64,000 bases of DNA from an uncultured Alphaproteobacteria bacterium (GTDB lineage Bacteria > Electryoneota > RPQS01). The position numbers and the translations under genes were made by a program. Positions 17,990 through 27,330 of the stretch are shown one piece after another (positions within the stretch are counted from its first letter, which is position 1; every line of letters starts with the position of its first letter). Under the pieces are notes generated by a model. It did not search any database. It saw only the letters and a program-made list of their open reading frames with translations, and had not been told where the DNA came from. The stretch lies in assembly GCA_964406405.1 (NCBI GenBank), contig CAYORN010000004.1, forward strand, positions 1 to 64,000. The letters are read 5' to 3'.

Positions 17990-19054
17990 TCACAGCCATT
18001 TCTTCTTGCGGAACCACCAGAGCATGCCCAGTGAAATGCCGACCATGAAGGCCCACGCCGCCGCGTAGCCCCACTTCCACGGAATCTCCGGCATGTGCTC
18101 GAAGTTCATGCCCCAGACGCCGACGAGGAAGGTCAGCGGCATGAAGATCGTGGCAATGATCGTCAGGAGCCGCATCACGTCGTTCTGGCGGTACTGAATC
18201 GTGGAGAGATAGACTTCGAGATTGCCCGCGCCCATATCGCGCAGGGTCTCAATCATCTCCGCCACGTTGTGCACGTGATCGCGCACATCATCCCAGTAAT
18301 GCCGGATCTCGCCGATCAGCAGGGCCGATTGCGAGACGTTGAGTTCGTCCATCAGATTGCGCAGCGGCCAAACACTCGTGCGCATGAAGAGCAGCTCGCG
18401 CTTGATGTTGTGCAATTCCGGCAGAAAGTTGCCCGCGGTGTTCTCCAGAATCCGGTCTTCCAGCGCTTCGAGACGCGCGCCGACGTGCTCGATGATCTGG
18501 AAATAGCAGTCCACGAGGGAATCCACGAGGCGATAAGCCAGATACTCGCCGCCCATCGCGCGCAAGCGGCTGGTCTCATCGCGGATCTGCTCGCGCACGG
18601 CTTTGAACTCGTCCCCAACCCGCTCGCTGAATGAGAGCACGAAATCCTTACCCAAAACAATGCTGATCTGGTCGGACTCGATTTCATCCTCAGCTTTATT
18701 GTAGTCCAGAAGCTTGAGGACGATGACAACGTAGTCGCCGAAATCTTGGATCTTGGGCCGCTGGTTGGTGTTGACAATGTCTTCCAGCACCAGCGGATGC
18801 AGATTGAACTCTTGCCCCAGGCGACCGATCAGATCCACGTCGTGCACGCCGTCCACGTCAATCCATGTGACGCCCGGCTTCTGCGCGAGTCGCTTGCACT
18901 GTGACGGATCGGTAAATTCGTGTTCCTCAACGCGATCCTTGTCATAGATCATCGTGCGAATCTGCGTCCGATCCACGCGCTGCGCGCCGATGTGCACCAG
19001 CGTTCCGGGCGGAAGACCAATCTTGGCCGATTGCTTTTTGACGAGGCTCTGCAT
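17990..19054 (-). CDS. corA: magnesium/cobalt transporter CorA
   Basis: C-terminal two TM helices with signature ...LVGVWGMNFEHMPE...; overall CorA length and fold. Confidence 0.85.
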   Translation of the reverse strand: MQSLVKKQSAKIGLPPGTLVHIGAQRVDRTQIRTMIYDKDRVEEHEFTDPSQCKRLAQKPGVTWIDVDGVHDVDLIGRLGQEFNLHPLVLEDIVNTNQRPKIQDFGDYVVIVLKLLDYNKAEDEIESDQISIVLGKDFVLSFSERVGDEFKAVREQIRDETSRLRAMGGEYLAYRLVDSLVDCYFQIIEHVGARLEALEDRILENTAGNFLPELHNIKRELLFMRTSVWPLRNLMDELNVSQSALLIGEIRHYWDDVRDHVHNVAEMIETLRDMGAGNLEVYLSTIQYRQNDVMRLLTIIATIFMPLTFLVGVWGMNFEHMPEIPWKWGYAAAWAFMVGISLGMLWWFRKKKWL

Positions 19055-19103
19055 GCGCTTTAACGGGAGGGTTGCTTAACCCTCCCCTACAAGCCATCAA
19101 TCT

Positions 19104-19913
19104 CTACTTAGTTCCGCTGGTATCCTGGTCGTTCGGAATGAGCTTCATCAGATCTTCGATGTTCAAGGAGGGGACGCTTACCTTATCGGGATCGAAGAGA
19201 TCCGCAGAGAGACCCTGATTTACTTCGAGCGCAGTCACGGTCATTGTCGCGGCCAGATCCTTACCGTCGTACATTTCGGTGTGATAAGGATACTCCCAGT
19301 CTCCCTGGATACGATGGAAGTCCGAATGGACCCATTTATAGCTCTCAGTGCCGGTGCTGTCCTTGGACTCACCCTGCGCAGGAATGAAATTCGTTTTATC
19401 GAGCCAGAGGCGAGTGGCGAGGCCTTCCTCAACAACGTCCACCACGTAGCAATCGCGGCCATTCAGCGTTTCGCTGCCGGTGACGCGCGCGTTATCGGGG
19501 AAGAATCCCCAGCAGTTTCGTGCCGGAGCATTGCGCTCGGCTTCTTCCTGCGTGAGCTTCTGCTTGCCGCCGAACGGGGAGAACATCCACGCCTCGGTGC
19601 CGTTGTTGATCATCACGGTGCGCAGCGTGCCGAGGGAGTCCCCGACAGCCATGCCATCGGTTTTCGGCAGCGCCATCGCCATTTCAATGCGTGACTTTTC
19701 GCCCTGCGTATAGACGGTCTGCTCGGCCTCGATCTTGCCTTCCTCGGTGTAGGTGGACATCGTCTGCACCATGTGCATATCTTTGACCTGCGCCTCGAAC
19801 TCGGCGCACTTGTCGGCCGCCTGCTTCAGAATCGCTGGCGTGTCTTCGGCGAAGGCAGTGGTGCTGAGAGCCGCCGCGAGCACGAGCGCAGCGATGAGCA
19901 ATATTCGAGTCAT
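19104..19913 (-). CDS. hypothetical secreted protein (signal peptide; possibly LolA-like/outer-membrane lipoprotein-sorting fold)
   Basis: MTRILLIAALVLAAALSTTAFA signal peptide; no decisive motif. Confidence 0.4.
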   Translation of the reverse strand: MTRILLIAALVLAAALSTTAFAEDTPAILKQAADKCAEFEAQVKDMHMVQTMSTYTEEGKIEAEQTVYTQGEKSRIEMAMALPKTDGMAVGDSLGTLRTVMINNGTEAWMFSPFGGKQKLTQEEAERNAPARNCWGFFPDNARVTGSETLNGRDCYVVDVVEEGLATRLWLDKTNFIPAQGESKDSTGTESYKWVHSDFHRIQGDWEYPYHTEMYDGKDLAATMTVTALEVNQGLSADLFDPDKVSVPSLNIEDLMKLIPNDQDTSGTK

Positions 19914-19955
19914 AGAATCTCTCTAATGGTGTGTTTACGAACGGTCAGGGGCCGC

Positions 19956-21623
19956 TCACCCGCGGCCGCGATAGACGGAGCGGGCGTGGCGGTAGGAGGT
20001 GCGGTGCGGTTTGCTGCCGGCGCCGATCGGCGCGAGCGCTTCAAGCGCCCAGAGCGTGACCAGATCCGACGCACCGGAGAGCGGCTCCCCGAACGGCAGG
20101 GGCAGCACAGAGGCGTCCACTTTCCATTCCATGTCTCCGGTGTCGAGCGCCGCCGTGAGCGCCTTACGCCCACGACGCAGGACATCCGCCGGGACTCCGG
20201 ACATTCCCGAGAGCGCGCGAATCGCCGCGGCGGTATGATGCGAAGCGCCCCAGCCGCCATCGGAGCGCTGACGACGCATCACGGCGCGTACCGCATTGGT
20301 GGTCGCGGCGCGCGAACGATCCGGCAACGCACCGAGTAACGCTTCGATCACGCGACTGGTCGTGACGACGCTGCTGCCATAGAGATCGCTGCGCCAGAGG
20401 CCGTTGACCTCTTGACAGCGCAACAAATAGCGGACCCCGTTCTCAATCACCCGCTCGATCACGGGATCCTGAATACCGCTGTAGGCGAGAGCCTGTACGG
20501 CAAGCGTGGTCACGTCCGTGAGACTCTTTTCGCCGCCGCCGCGTCCGCGGAATCGAAACAGCTTGCTCAGACGGCTCTGGGTAAGGTAATAGAGCGGCCA
20601 ACCGCCGTCGGGATTTTGCGTGCGCACCAACAGCAATGCCGCGCGCCGCCGCGACCACGAGGTTTCAATCGGCAGGTCGCCGGCAAAACTCAGCGCATCC
20701 AGCGCTAAGGCCGAGGTGTACAAATCCGAGGGCAACAGTCCGCCCATCGCCCAGCCGCCGCTCGCGCGTTGCTGATGAAGCAGGGTAAGAATGCTGGTGG
20801 CGGTGAGTTCCGCATCGGCGCCGGTCATCGCGAGCGTGCGTACAGTTGCGGCGTGCAGCAGATTCGAGAAATCGCAAGGGTTCACGACAAGCGCATCTTC
20901 GTCCCATGCCTGCAAGCTGCGCAGATAACGCCAGCCGCGTTCGAACGCGCCGTCCTCGTTGCCCAAGCCGGTATGACGCAAGGCGAGCAGCGCCATCATC
21001 GTCGAGCGCGTGGACCCGTCCCACGAGCCGTCTACGTATTGCATCTCGAGCAGCTCGCGGCTCCGGCCGAAAGCGTGCGACTTCTCAAGACTGAGAATCT
21101 TCAGAGCTTGCGCCAGACTTGGCCGCGTGCGATACAATGACGCCCGCAGTTTCCAGTTAGTAAGAAACCAACGGAGGAGCGGCCCCAGAACGCGCTCAGC
21201 CTTTGACTTTGGCAACTCGGTCAGTGAACGCAGCAGCAGCACCGTTTCGACATCGAGCCGCTGCGCGTCCTGATTCTCCTGCAGCCACTCGACGGCCTTC
21301 GAAAGCGCTTCGCGGGTGACCGGCAGCCGCGCTTCGGAGAGCGCTTCCACGACTTCGAGCGTAAGCGAAAGGTCGCCGTCCTCATTCATCGTGAGCGACC
21401 AGGAGCCGTCGTCATTCTGCTCGGCCAGAAGCGTTTCGCAGAGCGCGCTGGCGTCTTCGGCCGGCAGTTTTTCGAGCAGCAGCCCCACGAGTAAGCAGCC
21501 GGCCGTGCTACGGGCGGAGTTTTCCACCGGCGCGGGCCAGTGCGGCGCACCATTCACGGCACGCTCGACGATCCGCTCGCGGATCCGGGTGATTAGGGTG
21601 GAGATATTGTCTTTATCGGCCAT
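19956..21623 (-). CDS. prenyltransferase/squalene-oxidase (QW) repeat protein, terpene cyclase/mutase family-like
   Basis: at least five Q-x-x-D/N-G-x-W repeats (QNDDGSW, QYVDGSW, QNPDGGW, QEVNGLW, QRSDGGW); no clear DxDD catalytic motif seen. Confidence 0.55.
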   Translation of the reverse strand: MADKDNISTLITRIRERIVERAVNGAPHWPAPVENSARSTAGCLLVGLLLEKLPAEDASALCETLLAEQNDDGSWSLTMNEDGDLSLTLEVVEALSEARLPVTREALSKAVEWLQENQDAQRLDVETVLLLRSLTELPKSKAERVLGPLLRWFLTNWKLRASLYRTRPSLAQALKILSLEKSHAFGRSRELLEMQYVDGSWDGSTRSTMMALLALRHTGLGNEDGAFERGWRYLRSLQAWDEDALVVNPCDFSNLLHAATVRTLAMTGADAELTATSILTLLHQQRASGGWAMGGLLPSDLYTSALALDALSFAGDLPIETSWSRRRAALLLVRTQNPDGGWPLYYLTQSRLSKLFRFRGRGGGEKSLTDVTTLAVQALAYSGIQDPVIERVIENGVRYLLRCQEVNGLWRSDLYGSSVVTTSRVIEALLGALPDRSRAATTNAVRAVMRRQRSDGGWGASHHTAAAIRALSGMSGVPADVLRRGRKALTAALDTGDMEWKVDASVLPLPFGEPLSGASDLVTLWALEALAPIGAGSKPHRTSYRHARSVYRGRG

Positions 21624-22101
21624 TTTTCTTTTGTTGACGGAGTGTCGAGAAGAACCCGGAGAGAATCTCGCCGCACGGTTCGAGCAGCACGTTCGGCAGC
21701 ACTGTGCAGGTGTGATTCAAGCGCGTGTCGCTCAAGAGAGAGTAGAGCGTGTCCACGGCACCGGCCTTGAGATCAGGAGCGCCATAGACGACCAAAGGAA
21801 TGCGGGCAAGGACGATGGCTCCGGCGCACATCGCACACGGTTCCAGCGTCACGTACAGTGCACAATCTAAAAGCCTGCGGCTTCCCAAGGTGGCGGCGGC
21901 GGCCGTGATGGCAATCATTTCCGCGTGTGCCGTGGGATCTTGCAGGCTTTCCGTCTGATTGTGGCCGCGTCCGATCACCAAGCCATTGTGTACGACCACG
22001 CACCCAATCGGCACTTCGGCTTTGGCCTCGGCCAAGCGCGCCTCCTTCAAGGCCTCCCGCATCCATCGCTCGTGGTCCGGTTGCCCGAAGGTGTCAAACA
22101 T
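21613..22101 (-). CDS. tadA: tRNA-specific adenosine(34) deaminase TadA
   Basis: ..[27 protein letters not shown]....[11 protein letters not shown]....[15 protein letters not shown] (H-A-E and PC-x-x-C zinc motifs); alternative start at 22158. Confidence 0.85.
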   Translation of the reverse strand: MFDTFGQPDHERWMREALKEARLAEAKAEVPIGCVVVHNGLVIGRGHNQTESLQDPTAHAEMIAITAAAATLGSRRLLDCALYVTLEPCAMCAGAIVLARIPLVVYGAPDLKAGAVDTLYSLLSDTRLNHTCTVLPNVLLEPCGEILSGFFSTLRQQKKNGR

Positions 22102-22168
22102 GCTATTCACCGAGTGATGAGTGCGATCGGATTGCGTGCCCTCTGCTTCATCCCTCATCTCTACCTTG

Positions 22169-22242
22169 TACGCCCATAGGGATTCGAACCCCAAACCTTC
22201 TGGTCCGTAGCCAGACGCTCTATCCAGTTGAGCTATGGGCGC
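22169..22242 (-). tRNA. tRNA-Arg(ACG), no encoded CCA, immediately upstream of tadA
   Basis: GCGCCCATAGCTCAACTGGATAGAGCGTCTGGCTACGGACCAGAAGGTTTGGGGTTCGAATCCCTATGGGCGTA; anticodon loop CTACGGA. Confidence 0.9.
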
Positions 22243-22426
22243 AAGTACCACAATTACAACAGCATAAATAAATGCTGTTGCTTTCGCGACAGCATCCAAT
22301 TATATGAAAATTGAGGACTAAAGTCAAGCCGAAGCGGTTGAATTTATTGAGTTCATTGTTTTTACTTGCTTTTCCCCTTTGGTTGCTGTAGTATTGGGAT
22401 ATTACCGAAAGCTAAAGGTGAGGAAC

Positions 22427-23893
22427 ATGAAATCCCTTCTGCTACTCGGATTGCTCCTGTCATTGGCCTGCCCGCTCGCCTCACAGGACACGCTTTGGAG
22501 CCGAGTTTACGGTGGAGTGGAGAACGATTTCCCGTTCCCGGTGGCGTGTGCCTCGGATAGCGGCTTTCTGGTCGCCGGAACGACATATTCATACGGCATC
22601 GGTACTCCTGACGAAGCGAACTTCTGGCTTTTTCGGGTGGATGTCAATGGCGACAGTTCGTGGAGTCGGGCCTTTGGCGGCCATAACGGCGAACATTGCA
22701 GCAGTTTCGCACCCGTGTCCGGTGGGGGCTGGGTCTTGGGCGGCAACGTAGAATCGGATTCCTCTGGCGTTGACATGATGCTGCTACGCGTCAACGCAGA
22801 AGGCGACAGCCTTTGGACCGCTGTCCATGCATGGTCGGGCGATCAGTTCTGCTGGAGCGTTCGACAAACGATGGACGGCGGGTATGTCATGACGGGAAAA
22901 ACTGACCGGGCGGGTACCCAGTGGGCTGACATGTGCATGATCAAAGCGGACAGCTTGGGCAACATGGTCTGGACGCGAGTGTATGGTTTGGTTGAAGGTG
23001 ACGAATGGGGAATAGATGTTCGTCAGATGTCTGATGGAGGATATGCTGTGCTCGCCGGCTACAACGACACCTCGCAGCAGGACCCGTTGTCTGCGCGTTA
23101 TTGGCTTGTCAGAACAAATGAAGCAGGGGACAGCATCTGGAGCCATCACTATGGTGGAACAACGTATGACCAGCCTCAATCACTAGACCTTACTGAGGAT
23201 GGCGGCTTCGTTTTAGCCGGAACGCGGAGTGCGTTGGATGCAGCGGGAGATTTCTGGGTTGTGCGCACGGATGCCAACGGAGATACCCTCTGGACTGGTG
23301 CATACGGAGGGACGAACCGCGACGGATGCAGCATTGTTCGCCGAACACCCGATAACGGCTTTCTGCTCGCAGGTTACACATATTCCTTCGGGGCGGTCGG
23401 CGACGACTTTCTGATTGTCAAAATTGACTCCGTAGGAGCTTTGGAGTGGAGTCGCCACTATGGTCGAAGTCAATGGGATGAATGCTACGGTGCCTGTGTA
23501 ACTTCCTCCGGAGATTTTGCTCTGGCAGGCTGGACATACACGGCAGGGACGGGCTATGACCTGTGGCTGATGAAGATAGACCCTACCCTCCCCCAATCGT
23601 CGGCTCGCCCTCCCGAAGCGGTCGTGTCAAATGAGACTGTTCTGTATCCGAGCTATCCCAATCCCTTTAACTCCTCGTCCACTCTCTCCTACGATCTTCC
23701 CGAAGCGGCACACGTCTCGCTGACACTCTTTGATCTCGAAGGCCGACAGGTGCGAAGCTTGGCTGACAGCTTCCAACCTGCTGGCCGTCACACGATTCCG
23801 CTCGATGCCACGGGCCTAGCCTCAGGACTCTACTTTTGCCGCCTGTCCGCTGGAACCTATTCCACGAGTCAAAAGGTGATGGTAGTTAAGTAA
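22427..23893 (+). CDS. secreted beta-propeller-repeat protein with T9SS C-terminal sorting domain
   Basis: ~8 repeats of W.rvYGg..........DGG..l.G.t; C-terminus YPNPFNSSSTLSYDLPEAAHVSLTLFDLEGRQV...GLYFCRLSAGTYSTSQKVMVVK; paralog of 33186..34622. Confidence 0.75.
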   Translation: MKSLLLLGLLLSLACPLASQDTLWSRVYGGVENDFPFPVACASDSGFLVAGTTYSYGIGTPDEANFWLFRVDVNGDSSWSRAFGGHNGEHCSSFAPVSGGGWVLGGNVESDSSGVDMMLLRVNAEGDSLWTAVHAWSGDQFCWSVRQTMDGGYVMTGKTDRAGTQWADMCMIKADSLGNMVWTRVYGLVEGDEWGIDVRQMSDGGYAVLAGYNDTSQQDPLSARYWLVRTNEAGDSIWSHHYGGTTYDQPQSLDLTEDGGFVLAGTRSALDAAGDFWVVRTDANGDTLWTGAYGGTNRDGCSIVRRTPDNGFLLAGYTYSFGAVGDDFLIVKIDSVGALEWSRHYGRSQWDECYGACVTSSGDFALAGWTYTAGTGYDLWLMKIDPTLPQSSARPPEAVVSNETVLYPSYPNPFNSSSTLSYDLPEAAHVSLTLFDLEGRQVRSLADSFQPAGRHTIPLDATGLASGLYFCRLSAGTYSTSQKVMVVK

Positions 23894-23970
23894 AGATGTT
23901 GTTAATGATACTGTTAGCACGTTCGGTGAAACTCACTTGACTTTCGCTGAGTTCTAACGTATATTGATAT

Positions 23971-23982
23971 GAACGTCTGTTC
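23971..23982 (+). promoter_or_regulatory. Cheo-box-type LexA operator candidate GAACgtctGTTC upstream of the orf87-dinB operon
   Basis: GAAC-N4-GTTC palindrome ~60 nt upstream of the 24043 start; dinB is a canonical SOS gene. Confidence 0.4.
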
Positions 23983-23992
23983 AATGCGATTG

Positions 23993-24022
23993 ACCCGCTG
24001 GATAGCGGGTAACTTTTTGTTT
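23993..24022 (+). terminator. Rho-independent terminator after CDS 22427..23893 (ACCCGCT-ggat-AGCGGGT then aacTTTTTGTTTATT)
   Basis: 7-bp perfect stem plus T tract. Confidence 0.6.
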
Positions 24023-24042
24023 ATTATTTATTCAAGTGTTCA

Positions 24043-24306
24043 ATGAGCACGATGCAATTTCAGGATGTGGGAGAGGCGGTCGAGGTAATTGCCCATTTCC
24101 GGGCCGGAAAGCTGGCTCCGGTCCGCTTCCGCTGGAAGGGGCGGGTGCTGCCGGTGCGGCAGATTACCGGAGATTGGCAGAGCGAGGTCGGGGCGGCCCG
24201 CTTACATCACTACGCGGTGATGAGCGACGGTCCCGACGTCTTCGAACTGTCGTACAATGAAAGCTCGTACGTGTGGAAACTGGAAAAAGTCGCGTTAAGC
24301 GGATAG
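24043..24306 (+). CDS. small hypothetical protein (87 aa) translationally coupled to dinB
   Basis: stop at 24304..24306 followed 1 nt later by the dinB ATG; no recognisable family. Confidence 0.5.
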   Translation: MSTMQFQDVGEAVEVIAHFRAGKLAPVRFRWKGRVLPVRQITGDWQSEVGAARLHHYAVMSDGPDVFELSYNESSYVWKLEKVALSG

Positions 24307-24307
24307 C

Positions 24308-25558
24308 ATGAAAACGATCTTCCATTTGGATATGGATCAGTTCTTCGTGGCCGTGGAACTACGCAATCAGCCGTGGCTGCGCGGCAAGCCCGTCGTGGTG
24401 GGAAGTTTCGTCAACAATCGCGGAATCGTGACCACCGCATCGTATGAAGCGCGGAAGTTTGGCATTCACTCGGGAATGCCTTCGGTGGAGGCGGCGCGGT
24501 TGTGTCCGAATGTGATTTTTGTGAGACCGGACTTCACGCGCTATGTGGATGCGTCGCTGCGAATCGTGAAAATGTTGAGCGAATTCACCGACCGCGTGGA
24601 GCCGCTCTCGATTGACGAAGCGTGCATGGACGTGACCGATCTGGTGCCGAGGTGGGGTGGCGTGGAGGCGCTGGCGTATCATATCAAGAATCGCGTACGC
24701 AATGAGGAGCACCTCACCGCCACGATCGGCGCGGGCGCGAACCGGCTCGTCGCCAAGGTGGCCTCGGGCATGCACAAGCCGGACGGCTTTACCTATCTGC
24801 CGCCGGAGCGCGTGATGGAGGTCTATGAAAACCTGCCGATTGGCGAGCTGCGCGGCATTGGGCCTTCCACCGAGCGCGTGCTGCGCAGTTTCGGCCTGCA
24901 GACGGTGGGGCAGCTCAGCCGTTTTCCCACGGAGATTCTGAAGCGGCGATTCGGCAAGTGGGCAGAGCTGCTCATTCAGGCCGCGCGCGGCGATGGCGAC
25001 GACATTGTGCTGCTTTCGCACGAGCGGCCGCTGGAAAAAAGCATGGGGCACGAGCATACGCTGAGCCGCGGGCTGCGCGCGGGGCCGGAACTATTTGGCG
25101 AGCTGCATCGCTTGTGCGCGAAGACCGCGCGGAGATTGCGAGCAGGAAAACTGGCCGGGCGAGTGGTAACCTTGAAGCTGCGCTATTCGAGTTTCATCAC
25201 GCTCACGCATGCCTGCACGCTCGGGCGTTTCATTCAGCATGAACTCGACATCTACCCGGCGGCCTATCAACTTTTTCATGAAGTGTATGACACCCGGCAG
25301 GAGGTACGGCTGATCGGCGTACATGTGGCGGATCTGGTGCCGGTGTCGCGGATCAAACAGCAAGACCTCTTTATCAATACGCAGCGGGCGGACGAGCTGA
25401 TGGGTACGTGCGATGAGATCCGTGACAAGTATGGGGAAGATGCGGTTGGCTTTGCGAGCGCGGTGCTGTTTACCGGCGAACGCAAGCACATTCCGCGGCA
25501 GACAATGTACTATCGCCCGTTCCATTCGCAGCCGTCGCAATTGCGCGTCGCGGAATAG
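24308..25558 (+). CDS. dinB: DNA polymerase IV (Y-family translesion polymerase)
   Basis: MKTIFHLDMDQFFVAVELRNQPWLRGKPVVVG...SIDEACMDVTD...; IMS/UmuC domain architecture. Confidence 0.9.
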   Translation: MKTIFHLDMDQFFVAVELRNQPWLRGKPVVVGSFVNNRGIVTTASYEARKFGIHSGMPSVEAARLCPNVIFVRPDFTRYVDASLRIVKMLSEFTDRVEPLSIDEACMDVTDLVPRWGGVEALAYHIKNRVRNEEHLTATIGAGANRLVAKVASGMHKPDGFTYLPPERVMEVYENLPIGELRGIGPSTERVLRSFGLQTVGQLSRFPTEILKRRFGKWAELLIQAARGDGDDIVLLSHERPLEKSMGHEHTLSRGLRAGPELFGELHRLCAKTARRLRAGKLAGRVVTLKLRYSSFITLTHACTLGRFIQHELDIYPAAYQLFHEVYDTRQEVRLIGVHVADLVPVSRIKQQDLFINTQRADELMGTCDEIRDKYGEDAVGFASAVLFTGERKHIPRQTMYYRPFHSQPSQLRVAE

Positions 25559-25579
25559 CAAAGACTCAATGTCTCAAAA

Positions 25580-25614
25580 AGAAAACCAGAACACAATGCG
25601 TGTTCTGGTTTTTC
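25580..25614. terminator. bidirectional Rho-independent terminator between convergent dinB and tag (A-run, CCAGAACAC-aatgc-GTGTTCTGG, T-run)
   Basis: 9-bp perfect stem flanked by AAAAA and TTTTT. Confidence 0.7.
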
Positions 25615-25735
25615 TCTTTCAAGTCGCATGTCTCAAATCTTGCGTCTTACGTCTGCGGGTTCATCCGTTTGAGTAACGGGCAGCGAGCCGGGAATCGTGA
25701 CCACCTTCAGCGGCATACGCGTTCCCTTTCGGTTT

Positions 25736-26317
25736 TTATTTTTTCGCTGCTTTCAGCTCGCGATAGCGAAAACAATCGGTCGTATGGTCATTCACCATCC
25801 CCGCGGCCTGCATAAAGGCGTAGCAGATGGTGGAGCCGACGAACTTGAAGCCGCGACGGATCAGCTCTTTGCTCATCGCATCAGAGAGTTCCGTTTTCGG
25901 GGGAATGTCTCTGATCGTCCGGCAGCGGTTGTGCACGGTCTTGCCGTTCGTGAACTGCCAGATGAATTTGTCGAAGGTGCCGAATTCATTTTGCACAGCA
26001 AGGAAGCATTGCGCGTTCGTAATCGCCGCCTGAATCTTCTGCCGGTTGCGGACGATGCCTTCGTTCTGCAGCAGGCGCTCGTAATCTTTCGGCGTGAACT
26101 TCGCCACTTTTTTCGGGTCGAAATTCTTGAAGGCCTTGCGGAAATTCTCGCGCTTGTGGAGAATCGTGCGCCACGACAGCCCGGCTTGAAAGGCGTCGAG
26201 GATCATATACTCGAAGAGCAGCCGGTCATCATGCACCGGCTCGCCCCATTCCTGATCGTGATACTCGATCATCTGCGCGTCGTCGCTCGGCCACGCGCAA
26301 CGCTTTGCTTTCTTCAT
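25736..26317 (-). CDS. tag: DNA-3-methyladenine glycosylase I
   Basis: ..CAWPSDDAQMIEYHDQEWGEPVHDDRLLFEYMILDAFQAGLSWRTIL..; four-Cys zinc site of the Tag family. Confidence 0.85.
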   Translation of the reverse strand: MKKAKRCAWPSDDAQMIEYHDQEWGEPVHDDRLLFEYMILDAFQAGLSWRTILHKRENFRKAFKNFDPKKVAKFTPKDYERLLQNEGIVRNRQKIQAAITNAQCFLAVQNEFGTFDKFIWQFTNGKTVHNRCRTIRDIPPKTELSDAMSKELIRRGFKFVGSTICYAFMQAAGMVNDHTTDCFRYRELKAAKK

Positions 26318-27330
26318 GTAGTCGTTGGAATTTCCTGTTCGTTCGGATGGACATACCCGCCCGTTTGTCTCACCTTATCCAGCCGCTCCTCACACAGGCG
26401 ATCAGTCTCCTTCAGGTCCTCGGAATTGATCGTCCATCCCGCACCGCCCACGGTTTCTTCGATCTGCGAGGGGCGGCGCGCGCCGACGATGGCGCTGGTC
26501 ACTTCCGGACGGCGCAAGACCCACGCAATCGCCAACTGCGCCACGGTCTTTTCATATTTCGCGGCGATGGCGCGCAACTGCTCGACGAACTCGAGGTTTA
26601 TCGGAAGATTGGTGTCGGAGTATTCCTTCGCCGAGTTGCGCCAATCCGTAGCAGCAATTCGGCTCTTGTCAAACTTGCCGGTGAGCAGCCCCGCCTGCAT
26701 CGGGCTATAGGGGAGGAAGCCGATGTGATGCTCGCGGCAATACGCGAACGGTTCGCCTTCCGGATAGTGCCGCATGATGCTGTAGGCGGATTGCAGCGAG
26801 CTGATCGGGCGAACCTTTTGCGCGCGGTGCATGTTGCTCATGTCATAATGAAAGTTCGACACACCGCCGAAACGCACCTTGCCGTCGTAGATCAGCCGCC
26901 CGATCTCGTCCCAGCCTTCTTCGAGATGCTCGCTGTCGTTGGGCCAGTGAATCTGGTAGAGATCAATCACATCCGTCCGCAGGCGCTTGAGACTGGCCTC
27001 GCATTCGCGGCGCACACTCGCGCGAGTCAGATTGTGTGTGACCGTGCCGCTCTCATCCCACACCTGCGAACACTTTGTGGCAATGATGACATCATTCCGG
27101 CGTCCGCGAATCGCCTGTCCGACCACTTCCTCGCTGTGGCCGAAACCGTAGATCGCGGCCGTATCAATCCAGTTCACGCCCAATTCGAGCGCGCGATGAA
27201 TCGCCGCAATCGAATCTTTGTCGTCCTGCGGCCCCCAACTGAAGTTGCCGCCTTCGCCGCCAATCGCCCACGTACCCAAACCGATTTCGGTGAGGTGCAG
27301 ATCGCTGTTGCCAAGTTTGCGTGTGTTCAT
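26314..27330 (-). CDS. aldo/keto reductase family oxidoreductase
   Basis: MNTRKLGNSDLHLTEIGLGTWAIGG...LELGVNWIDTAAIYGFGHSEEVVGQAI; 338 aa. Confidence 0.85.
   Translation of the reverse strand: MNTRKLGNSDLHLTEIGLGTWAIGGEGGNFSWGPQDDKDSIAAIHRALELGVNWIDTAAIYGFGHSEEVVGQAIRGRRNDVIIATKCSQVWDESGTVTHNLTRASVRRECEASLKRLRTDVIDLYQIHWPNDSEHLEEGWDEIGRLIYDGKVRFGGVSNFHYDMSNMHRAQKVRPISSLQSAYSIMRHYPEGEPFAYCREHHIGFLPYSPMQAGLLTGKFDKSRIAATDWRNSAKEYSDTNLPINLEFVEQLRAIAAKYEKTVAQLAIAWVLRRPEVTSAIVGARRPSQIEETVGGAGWTINSEDLKETDRLCEERLDKVRQTGGYVHPNEQEIPTTT

Noticed and set aside
22101-22299. Longer 228-aa version of the tadA ORF
   Set aside because: The N-terminal extension overlaps tRNA-Arg(ACG) and lacks TadA homology; start moved to the internal Met.
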